Source: Cytophagales bacterium
Lineage (GTDB): Bacteria; Bacteroidota; Bacteroidia; Cytophagales; JAHDFW01
Reading direction: 5' to 3'
DNA: 64,000 bases
Assembly: GCA_965277185.1 (NCBI GenBank)
Contig: CBDICC010000044.1
Span: 175,360 to 239,359, forward strand
Part shown: positions 30,806-39,403 of the stretch, in pieces
How the letters are laid out: every line of letters begins with the position of its first letter
Numbering within the stretch: the first letter of the stretch is position 1
Notes under the pieces: generated by a model
Database searches by the model: none
Seen by the model: only the letters and a program-made list of their open reading frames with translations
What the model was told of the DNA's origin: nothing
Translations under genes and position numbers: made by a program

Positions 30806-31969
30806 TTATAAAGTACCTCTGTTTTCCTGCTCTCGTTCGATTGCTTCAAATAAAGCACGGAAGTTTCCTTTTCCAAAAGACTGAGCTCCTTTTCGTTGAA
30901 TAACTTCAAAAAACATAGTAGGTCGATCTACGACAGGTTTTGTGAAAAGTTGTAGCAAATACCCTTCATCGTCTCGATCGATAAGAATTCCATGTTTTTT
31001 CAAAACTTCGATGTCCTCATCAATGTCTCCAACTCGGTCTAACAAATCATCGTAATAATTGTCAGGAACATATAAAAATTCTACCCCTCTGTCTCGCATA
31101 GCAGAAACTGTTTTCACGATGTCATCCGTAGCAACGGCAACATGTTGAACTCCAGATCCATTATAGAAGTCAATATATTCCTCGATTTGAGATTTTTTCT
31201 TTCCTTCAGCAGGCTCGTTGATTGGAAATTTAATACGTCCATTTCCATTACTCATCACTTTGGACATCAATGCAGTAAATTCGGTTGAAATATCATTGTC
31301 GTCAAATGAAATGATTTGAGCGAATCCCATTACCTTGGCATAAAATTGACACCATTTGTCCATTTCATTCCAATCTACATTTCCTACCATGTGGTCAATG
31401 AATTTAAGACCTACTGGCTCTGGATTGTAATGAGATTCCCATTTTTTATATCCCGGAAGAAAAACACCATTGTAATTTTTTCGCTCTACGAAAATGTGTA
31501 CTGTATCGCCGTATGTATGAATTCCGGAACGAATAACGTGTCCATGTTCATCTTCCTCCTTCGTTGGCTCCATAAAAGGTTCAGCACCTCTTTTGGTAGT
31601 TTCTTCGAAGGCTTTGGTTGCATCTTCTACCCATAAAGCAACGACTTTAACTCCGTCACCATGTTTGTTAATATGCTCATTGATTACTCCGTCCTTCTCC
31701 AAAGAAGTAGTAAGTACTAAACGAATTTTATCTTGCTTCAATACATACGAAACGCGATCCTTCATTCCAGTTTCCAATCCGGCATATGCCTCTGATTGAA
31801 ACCCAAATGCAGTTTTATAGAAAAGAGCGGATTGCTTCGCATTTCCAACATATAATTCTACATAATCCGTACCCAGCAAAGGAAGAAAATCCTCAGCCTC
31901 ATCGAATAGCTTTTTTAAGCTGTACTCGGTGTTTTGTAGGTTTTTTAAATCTTTAATTTCAGCTGCCAT
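30806..31969 (-). CDS. hppD: 4-hydroxyphenylpyruvate dioxygenase
   Basis: IDHMVGNV, KFPINEP, SQIEEY, GVQHVA and FGKGNFRALFEAIE motifs. Confidence 0.97.
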   Translation of the reverse strand: MAAEIKDLKNLQNTEYSLKKLFDEAEDFLPLLGTDYVELYVGNAKQSALFYKTAFGFQSEAYAGLETGMKDRVSYVLKQDKIRLVLTTSLEKDGVINEHINKHGDGVKVVALWVEDATKAFEETTKRGAEPFMEPTKEEDEHGHVIRSGIHTYGDTVHIFVERKNYNGVFLPGYKKWESHYNPEPVGLKFIDHMVGNVDWNEMDKWCQFYAKVMGFAQIISFDDNDISTEFTALMSKVMSNGNGRIKFPINEPAEGKKKSQIEEYIDFYNGSGVQHVAVATDDIVKTVSAMRDRGVEFLYVPDNYYDDLLDRVGDIDEDIEVLKKHGILIDRDDEGYLLQLFTKPVVDRPTMFFEVIQRKGAQSFGKGNFRALFEAIEREQENRGTL

Positions 31970-32036
31970 ATCACTTTATTTTTTAACTATACTAGTAGTA
32001 AATCTAATCTATCTTTCTGTTATTAATATAATATTC

Positions 32037-33194
32037 TTAATGAACCCAGGATTTATAATAATCCTCTTGCTCCATGTCTATTGCTTCTTGAGTAAGTTTT
32101 AATGGTTTAAACGTATCTACCATTACAGCTAATTCTGCCGTTTCAGTTTTCCCAATACTTCGTTCATATGCACCCGGATGTGGTCCGTGTGGAATTCCAG
32201 ACGGATGTAAGGTGATTTGTCCTTTTTCAATATTGTTTCTGCTCATGAAATCTCCATCTACATAATATAATACCTCGTCGGAATCAATATTGCTGTGATT
32301 ATATGGAGCAGGAATTGATTCTGGATGATAATCATACAGTCGTGGACAAAAGGAGCATATCACAAAAGCATCCGTTTCGAATGTTTGATGAACGGGCGGC
32401 GGTTGATGCACTCGCCCAGTTATTGGTTCAAAATCATGTATTGAAAAGGCATAAGGAAAATTATAGCCGTCCCAACCCGTTACGTCAAATGGATGCGAGG
32501 CGTACACATATTCATACAACATCCCTTCTTTTTTCACCTTAACGATAAAGTCTCCTTGCTCATCATGGGTTTCTAACTCACTTGGTGGACGTAAATCACG
32601 TTCGCAAAAAGGAGAATGCTCCAAATGCTGACCAAACCAGTTTCTATATCTTTTAGGAGTATAAACAGGTCGAAAAGACTCTACAATAAATAAGCGATTA
32701 TCCTCCGTGTCAAAATCAACTTGATAAATGATTCCTCTCGGTACGACCAAGTAGTCTCCATATTCAAATTTAATATTCCCAAGTTGAGTACGTAATGTTC
32801 CTGTCCCTTTGTGAATGAAAATTACTTCGTCCGCTTGTGCGTTTTTATAAAAGTATTCTCGCAAACTCTTCTTTGGAGCTGCTAAAATGATATGACAATC
32901 GCTGTTCACCAAAACCGGAACGCGACTATCTAAATAATCGTCTTTTGGAGCGACCTTATAGCCCATTAAGCTCCGCATTTTCATGTTTTTGTCAACTACA
33001 ACCGTAGGGTTCATGTCGGTTGCGCCCTTGTAATCCTTTACAATAGTTGGTGGATGTAAGTGATAGAGTAAAGAGGACATTCCATCAAACCCTATCGTAC
33101 CAAATAATTGCTCATGATGAATGGATCCATCTGGTTTTTTAAACACCGTATGGCGTTTATGTGGGATTTTTCCAAGTTTCTGATAAAAGGGCAT
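32037..33194 (-). CDS. hmgA: Homogentisate 1,2-dioxygenase (Bacteroidota/Bacillus type)
   Basis: HPFDVTGWDG, HQPPPVHQTF, PYNHSNIDSDE and IPHGPHPG motifs. Adjacent to hppD. Confidence 0.93.
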   Translation of the reverse strand: MPFYQKLGKIPHKRHTVFKKPDGSIHHEQLFGTIGFDGMSSLLYHLHPPTIVKDYKGATDMNPTVVVDKNMKMRSLMGYKVAPKDDYLDSRVPVLVNSDCHIILAAPKKSLREYFYKNAQADEVIFIHKGTGTLRTQLGNIKFEYGDYLVVPRGIIYQVDFDTEDNRLFIVESFRPVYTPKRYRNWFGQHLEHSPFCERDLRPPSELETHDEQGDFIVKVKKEGMLYEYVYASHPFDVTGWDGYNFPYAFSIHDFEPITGRVHQPPPVHQTFETDAFVICSFCPRLYDYHPESIPAPYNHSNIDSDEVLYYVDGDFMSRNNIEKGQITLHPSGIPHGPHPGAYERSIGKTETAELAVMVDTFKPLKLTQEAIDMEQEDYYKSWVH

Positions 33195-33238
33195 ACCTAA
33201 TTGATTTAGTTAAATAGTTCTTTTTATTTTAACAATTA

Positions 33239-33246
33239 CAAATTTA
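33239..33246 (-). promoter_or_regulatory. -7 promoter element of the hmgA operon
   Basis: TAAATTTG on the minus strand, about 45 nt upstream of the ATG. Confidence 0.55.
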
Positions 33247-33318
33247 TACTTCACTCGTCCTTGAAAAAATGATCGTTATCATATTTTATCTGAAATCGTT
33301 GAGGCGGGGACCAACCAT

Positions 33319-34350
33319 TTACTTCTTAAATTTTAAAACTTCAGATCTCCCTTTCTTGAAGATTTTATTGCTTACAGGGTTTCCGCTTCGCAATGCTTTT
33401 TGCTCTTCAAACGGAAGCTGAATGATCTCATTACAGTGGTCAGAACAACAATCTTCCATTTTTTCTCTGCATGAAGGACATTGTATGAAAAGTAAATGAC
33501 ATGCCTCGTTCGCACAATTTACATGGGTGTCACAGGGTTCACCACATTGATGACAATTGGAAATGACATCGTCACTAACACGTTCTCCTCTTCGGTGATC
33601 AAAAACGAAGTTTTTTCCAATGAATTTATTTTCCAAACCTTCAGAGTTTGCTTGTCGAACATATTCAATTATTCCGCCTTCCAGTTGATACACATTTTCA
33701 AACCCTTTATGCTTAAAGTAGGCACTAGCTTTTTCACAACGGATACCGCCTGTGCAATACATAACCAGATTCTTATCTGTCTTGTTTTCTTTTAAATCAT
33801 CTTCTATGATTGGGAGCGATTCTCTGAATGTATCTACATCTGGAGTGATAGCGCCTTTGAAATGACCAATTTCACTTTCGTAGTGATTTCGCATATCAAC
33901 CAACACGGTATTTTCATCTTCAATAATCTTATTGAATTCAGAAGCATTTAAGTGTTTTCCGATATCACTTGGATTAAAACTGTCATCGTCTAGACCGTCG
34001 GCTACAATTTTATCCCGAACTTTTATCTTTAATTTCAAGAATGATTTATTGTCTTGTTCAATGGCGACATTAAGACGAATGCCATTCAAAAATGAAATGC
34101 CGTCCAAATTTGTTTTTAAATCATTGAAATTTTTAGCTGGAACAGAGATTTGAGCGTTAATCCCTTCTAAGGCAATATAAGTTCTGCCAAGGACGTCTAA
34201 CTTGTCCCAGTTGAGGTATAAATGATCTCTGAAAAGTGGTGGATTTGGAATGTTGTGGTACTGATAGAAAGAGATGGTCAGTCGGTCTTCACCTGCCTTG
34301 TCGATTAATTCGGCTCTTTCTTTAGCACTTAATTTATTATACAGTTGCAT
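33319..34350 (-). CDS. trhO: Oxygen-dependent tRNA uridine(34) hydroxylase (rhodanese, YceA)
   Basis: GRTYIALEGINAQ, DMRNHYESEIGHF and YCTGGIRCEKAS motifs. Start at MQLYNKL (34350), with a TAATTTTG -7 box at 34384-34391. Confidence 0.93.
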   Translation of the reverse strand: MQLYNKLSAKERAELIDKAGEDRLTISFYQYHNIPNPPLFRDHLYLNWDKLDVLGRTYIALEGINAQISVPAKNFNDLKTNLDGISFLNGIRLNVAIEQDNKSFLKLKIKVRDKIVADGLDDDSFNPSDIGKHLNASEFNKIIEDENTVLVDMRNHYESEIGHFKGAITPDVDTFRESLPIIEDDLKENKTDKNLVMYCTGGIRCEKASAYFKHKGFENVYQLEGGIIEYVRQANSEGLENKFIGKNFVFDHRRGERVSDDVISNCHQCGEPCDTHVNCANEACHLLFIQCPSCREKMEDCCSDHCNEIIQLPFEEQKALRSGNPVSNKIFKKGRSEVLKFKK

Positions 34351-34537
34351 GCTATACGTTTGATTAAGACTTAAAAATGGATACAAAATTAATCAATTCG
34401 TGTTGAAAATAGGAGAGAATGAAAGGAAAATTGGTGTGGACCGATCTTTTTCATTTAATCAATTGGCATTGTGCGCAACAAAAAATACCTTTACAAGAAC
34501 TGTTTTATCTATTGTCTAACCTACTTTAATAACTGTC

Positions 34538-35662
34538 GTGCACAACAACTTTACGAAACGTTCTTCCATTCATTTGATTCTTTTTAGTGTTGTTTTTCTA
34601 ATTCCAATACTATTTAGCTGTAGTGATACTGAGAAAGGCAATACTGGTGAGATAGGGGAGGAAATAGAAGCAAATGTCGATGCGAATGTAGAACTAGATC
34701 GCCCGGTGACATATTATCATTGGAAATCAGAGCTTGATTTGTCAGACCTTGAACAAAAACAACTCCAGAGTCTAGGTTGCCAGAAAATCTATTTGCGCTT
34801 ATTTGATTTAAAATGGGTGGCTTCTCAAAATCAAGTTTTTCCTTTTGCTGCATTGAAAATCTCTAATGAATCTAACCTTTCAGGATTAAAATATATAGTA
34901 CCTACGGTATATATTACCAATGAAAGTTTAATTAATACACCCTTAAAGGACTTAGAGTCCCTAGCGTCACAGGTTAAATATAAAATGGACAACGCAACCT
35001 ATCCGCTAACCAATAAAGGAATGGAGATTGTTGAATATCATTTCGATTGCGACTGGTCGGATCAAACAAAGGATAAGTACTTTGCGTTTCTTGAATTGAT
35101 CAAAGAGAAGTTCAACAATGAAAAAAATATAACATGCACGATTCGATTGCATCAAGTGAAATACTTTGAGAAGACAGGTGTTCCGCCAGTTTCGAAGGGA
35201 GTATTGATGTTTTATAATATGGGTAATATCAGAGATTTAAACGAGAAAAACTCTATTCTAAATCTTGAAACCGCTAAGAAGTATCTAGAGAATTTTGATA
35301 AATATCCGTTGAAATTGGATATCGCGCTGCCCTTATTTAGTTGGGGAGTACAGTATCGAGAGGAGAAAATAGTTCAAATTTTAAACAATGTGCATAAAAC
35401 GGATATGGAGGTGCATGATCAGATGAAAGTAATGGGAGAAGGGAAATTCAGAGTACAGGAAAGTACATATATAGAAGGGAACTTTGTCTACAAAGACGAT
35501 GTGATTAAACTAGAAGGTCCGTCGTTGGAAGATTTGAAAGAATCTTTGAGACTTTTGGATGATCAAATATCTGGAGACCCGGAGATTATCTTTTATCATT
35601 TAAATCAGCAAAGCACGCGAAATTATCCACCAGAAGTGATTGCAGACATTGTTAAAAAGTAA
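34538..35662 (+). CDS. Hypothetical lipoprotein, probable TIM barrel (DUF3142/GH18-like)
   Basis: Lipobox LFS|C. YYHWK, YLRLFD, HFDCDW, TIRLHQVKY, LMFYNMG and DIALPLFSW motifs. Confidence 0.6.
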   Translation: MHNNFTKRSSIHLILFSVVFLIPILFSCSDTEKGNTGEIGEEIEANVDANVELDRPVTYYHWKSELDLSDLEQKQLQSLGCQKIYLRLFDLKWVASQNQVFPFAALKISNESNLSGLKYIVPTVYITNESLINTPLKDLESLASQVKYKMDNATYPLTNKGMEIVEYHFDCDWSDQTKDKYFAFLELIKEKFNNEKNITCTIRLHQVKYFEKTGVPPVSKGVLMFYNMGNIRDLNEKNSILNLETAKKYLENFDKYPLKLDIALPLFSWGVQYREEKIVQILNNVHKTDMEVHDQMKVMGEGKFRVQESTYIEGNFVYKDDVIKLEGPSLEDLKESLRLLDDQISGDPEIIFYHLNQQSTRNYPPEVIADIVKK

Positions 35663-35668
35663 ACGAAC

Positions 35669-37906
35669 ATGGTTAATTTAAAAAATAGATTTCATATGAA
35701 AATGTTCCACAAAATCTACCTGCATCTGTTGGTTTTTTCTTGCCTAGGATTGAGTTCCGTCCAATTAACCTTTGGTTGTGGAGGAGGATGGGATTTAGAG
35801 GGAGAATATTATAGCTTTTTTCATCAAACGGTGATTTCAGACCAGACGCTTTATCCATTTCTTCATTCACCGGAGCAACGTTATTTTTGGGGAGAAGGGG
35901 ACAAAGAAATGAAGGATCCAAATATCGCAGAATGGGAGAAGTATTTTGGGATAGGAGATGCAGGAGCACCTTTCACAGAATTAATTTATGGCGTTTCTCT
36001 AAATCGAATGAATGAAGTGCATGCCGCGTTGCATGGAGTAGATAACAGTTCGTTAACCGAGTGGGGGTTGGATTTGCGAAAGAAAAGGAATCGGGTACTT
36101 GTTAATTACCTAATTTTTGCAAAAAAGTGTGAGAAACACGCAAGAACACAGGAATACAGTTGGTATTATGCACAAAATGTGGATGTAGATGAAATAGATC
36201 AACTGATGAAAGAAGGGTTGGAATTGTATAAAAGTGCAGGGGATAAATTCATGAAATTGCGATATGGATTTCAATTGGTACGACTCGCACATTATTCCGG
36301 GAAAACTGACTTAGCTATAAAACTCTTTGATGAAAAGGTGAAGATGATAGGCGTAAAGAATTACATTTATTATCGTGCATTGGAGCAAAAGGCAGGAGCG
36401 TTGAACAAAACAAATTCAGCAGAAGCAGCATACATTTTTAGCCGTATTTTTGAATTGCTACCAGATCGAAGAGTGCAGTGTATGAATAGTTTTGGTTTCA
36501 CGGACGCGTCCAGTTGGAATGAGTCACTTTCATACTGTAAAACACATCAAGAAAGATCTGTTTTTTATGTAATGAGAGGATTTAAGGAATATGGAGATGA
36601 AATGGTAGAGATGGAAAAAGTGGCTGAAATTGATCCGAAATCCTCCTTTTTGGAATTAATGATGGCGCGACAGATTAATAAGGCAGAGCGGAATGCATTT
36701 CCTACTTATATGAATCATCAGGATCGAACTAAGTTGGGATTTCCAGTAAGAGGATCAGGCGCAAGACAAATTAAGGTTATAGAGCAAGTTTTATCAAGTT
36801 CCAAGGTGAAGAACAGAGATTTCTGGATGTATGCGAAAGGATTTTTCAAGTTGATAGACTATGATTTTGATGGAGCCAGAAAATCATTGAAGAAAATAAA
36901 GAAAGGTTCTGATTTATATGAAGATGCGTTTGCGCTGCAATTCGCCTTAAAACTAATTGAATTAAAAGAGTTAAGAGGAGAACAAGAAACACAAATGTGG
37001 GATGAATTTAAGAAAGACGGAGTGGGACCTAAATGTACAGATTTAGGTGAATTCATGATGGATGTATTTAATAAAAAATATGCCCAACAAGGTGACGATG
37101 TGAAAGCATATTTATGTTTGTCTCCAACCATTGCAATGCGAGAGAATCTTGAATTGACGTTTTTAGAGAAACTGGAAAGATATTATTCAAGAAAAGATTT
37201 GAATGCATTTGAAGAGCACTTAGCCATAAAATCAACAGGAGGATTGCAAGATGTTATAGAAATGAAAGGTACTTGGTATCTTAAAAATGCAGATTATGCA
37301 AACGCGATTGGAGAATTTAAAAAACTAAGTGCGGCTGTAACTTCTGATATCCCGGGCTATGAAAGTATGGAATATTATCAACCTCATCTGTTTGGAGGAG
37401 ACTTTCGACATTGGTATAGCACCCCATTTGAAGAGCAATGTGATAATGTGTATAAAAAATATGATTTCTTAGGTGATGCAAAAGATAAATTGACGTTGGC
37501 TCAAACATTGTTGAAATTGGAAGATATGGCGAAAAAAGGAGGAAATGAAAGTGCCAATTATTACTATTTACTAGGAAATGCCTATTACAATATGAGCCCT
37601 GCAGGATGGCACCGTCCAATATTGCATTATCGAGAAGGGAATTATAGTCATAACTTGGGGGATGGGTATTCATATAATGTAGCTGAAGACTACTATGAAA
37701 AGGCAAGGATGGCCTCTACTGATAAAGAATTTAAAGCGAAAATGACCTATATGATGGCCAAAGTAGAGCAAGCCTTTGGTTATAATGGATTGCGAAAAAA
37801 TGAATCAGGATCATATTTTGAGGAGCTGGTAGAGCAGTATGCGAATACAAATTACTATCAGGAAGTGTTAGATGAATGTGGGTATTTTAGGGATTATGTG
37901 AATTAA
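35669..37906 (+). CDS. Large exported helical/TPR-like hypothetical protein
   Basis: Signal peptide followed by CGGGWD. TPR-like segments (YANAIGEFKK, YYYLLGNAYYN). Starts 6 bp after the previous gene. Confidence 0.7.
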   Translation: MVNLKNRFHMKMFHKIYLHLLVFSCLGLSSVQLTFGCGGGWDLEGEYYSFFHQTVISDQTLYPFLHSPEQRYFWGEGDKEMKDPNIAEWEKYFGIGDAGAPFTELIYGVSLNRMNEVHAALHGVDNSSLTEWGLDLRKKRNRVLVNYLIFAKKCEKHARTQEYSWYYAQNVDVDEIDQLMKEGLELYKSAGDKFMKLRYGFQLVRLAHYSGKTDLAIKLFDEKVKMIGVKNYIYYRALEQKAGALNKTNSAEAAYIFSRIFELLPDRRVQCMNSFGFTDASSWNESLSYCKTHQERSVFYVMRGFKEYGDEMVEMEKVAEIDPKSSFLELMMARQINKAERNAFPTYMNHQDRTKLGFPVRGSGARQIKVIEQVLSSSKVKNRDFWMYAKGFFKLIDYDFDGARKSLKKIKKGSDLYEDAFALQFALKLIELKELRGEQETQMWDEFKKDGVGPKCTDLGEFMMDVFNKKYAQQGDDVKAYLCLSPTIAMRENLELTFLEKLERYYSRKDLNAFEEHLAIKSTGGLQDVIEMKGTWYLKNADYANAIGEFKKLSAAVTSDIPGYESMEYYQPHLFGGDFRHWYSTPFEEQCDNVYKKYDFLGDAKDKLTLAQTLLKLEDMAKKGGNESANYYYLLGNAYYNMSPAGWHRPILHYREGNYSHNLGDGYSYNVAEDYYEKARMASTDKEFKAKMTYMMAKVEQAFGYNGLRKNESGSYFEELVEQYANTNYYQEVLDECGYFRDYVN

Positions 37907-37919
37907 TCCGAGCTTATTT

Positions 37920-38753
37920 TTATTTCATTTGCCAATGAATATGATCGTCGTGTCGAACTGCGCGACATCCTTGAAAACGGATTTTCGATTCATTAGAAAG
38001 CCCCAATCGTTGCTTTAAGTGTGGTTCGATAAAAATTTTACTAGTTTCAGGTAGCTTTAAAAGTTCGGTTATTACAAAACTGGTAGGTTGTTCTGAAAGT
38101 TTTAATGTGGTATCGGGAAATGGAGAAAGATACTTCGGGTAATCATATTGGAAATATCCAGCTTTCTTGCAGCGTTGATTGGTATGTTCTTCGTGGGGAT
38201 AAGGATTTGAATAAACCCCGTATCCCATCCAGGATGGGGAACTTTTAGATGGACCTTCATCATTTTCATAAATAAAGTCTAAATCTACTTTTTTACCATC
38301 CTTATGGCTTAAATGTGGAAATAAAGGGAAACCGTCGATAAAAGGGAAGTTGGCGTCCAAATAATACAGGGTCAGACCATAATTCGTCCTTGATTTCTTA
38401 GCGGCTAAAACTAAAGCGGACCGAACCTCAGGTTTTACATAGTGTCGATTTGCCAAAACTGTAAAATAGGACCGCGGTTTTAAATTGGAATCACTAAAAA
38501 AAGGTAACGGAACTCTGCCGGTAAGCGCTGCCACTAATGGTACAAAAAGGAGTGATGTTAATAAATAAACAAAAGCGAAAATCAATGTTTTGGAATACCA
38601 AGAGAGATTATATCCGTATTCCCATTTCCTTAATGATATAGCATACGCTAAAAGAAGAAGCCCACCAACTTGAGAAATAATCGTTAAAAATACAACACCA
38701 ATAAGGAGGGCGCCCGTTTTAAGGAATTTCTGTAGCACTCGGTTGGACTTCAC
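37920..38753 (-). CDS. Membrane-anchored MepA/M74-like (LAS) peptidase
   Basis: Two N-terminal transmembrane helices. HLSHKDGKKVD resembles MepA HASHQTGLDVD, and the C-terminus has RHDDHIH. Confidence 0.6.
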   Translation of the reverse strand: MKSNRVLQKFLKTGALLIGVVFLTIISQVGGLLLLAYAISLRKWEYGYNLSWYSKTLIFAFVYLLTSLLFVPLVAALTGRVPLPFFSDSNLKPRSYFTVLANRHYVKPEVRSALVLAAKKSRTNYGLTLYYLDANFPFIDGFPLFPHLSHKDGKKVDLDFIYENDEGPSKSSPSWMGYGVYSNPYPHEEHTNQRCKKAGYFQYDYPKYLSPFPDTTLKLSEQPTSFVITELLKLPETSKIFIEPHLKQRLGLSNESKIRFQGCRAVRHDDHIHWQMK

Positions 38754-39202
38754 TTTTTGTCAATCTTAATTGCCATTACATAATGTGGTCCAATGTTTTC
38801 AATTAGAAACTCATCTCCGATTTGTTCAAAACCTAGTTTGGCGTAAAAAGTGCTTGCGCTGGTTCGGGCATTACACCATAATACAGCCTCTTGACCAAGA
38901 GCCTTATCCTTGATGATTTCAATAGATTTCATAACCACTTTTGATCCTAATCCTTTTCCTTGCTCCGATTCCTTTGTGGCCATTCCACGTAAGCGGATTG
39001 AAAAGGCAGATGAAATTTGAGGATGGTGTTCCAGGTAAAAAGAGGCAATGCATATTGGCTTTTTAGCATCATCATGAATGCCTAAGTGAAAGGTGCCTTC
39101 CCTACTATCTTCTTCATAATAGCATGATTCAATGGGTTGATTTTTACGTAAGATTTCATGTCGGAGAGGAATCACTTCGTCACGAGACAACAGTTGAGCC
39201 AT
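38750..39202 (-). CDS. GNAT family acetyltransferase
   Basis: LRHEILR, RLRGMAT...QGKGLG and WCNAR...FYAKLGF motifs. Start placed at MAQLL (39202). Confidence 0.9.
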   Translation of the reverse strand: MAQLLSRDEVIPLRHEILRKNQPIESCYYEEDSREGTFHLGIHDDAKKPICIASFYLEHHPQISSAFSIRLRGMATKESEQGKGLGSKVVMKSIEIIKDKALGQEAVLWCNARTSASTFYAKLGFEQIGDEFLIENIGPHYVMAIKIDKK

Positions 39203-39403
39203 TTTTATGAGTTTTACAGAGTTATAGGATAAATTAATTAACGGCTGAATATCGAAAATTGAATACAAATTATCAAAATAATTATATAATTTTACATTCG
39301 TTAAGGTAGGTGGTAGAATATAGTCCATCTTATTTTAATTGAGAATGATTATAAAAAAGCCTGTTTTTTCGCTATCTTTAAGATTGCATAAATTTCTAGT
39401 TAA

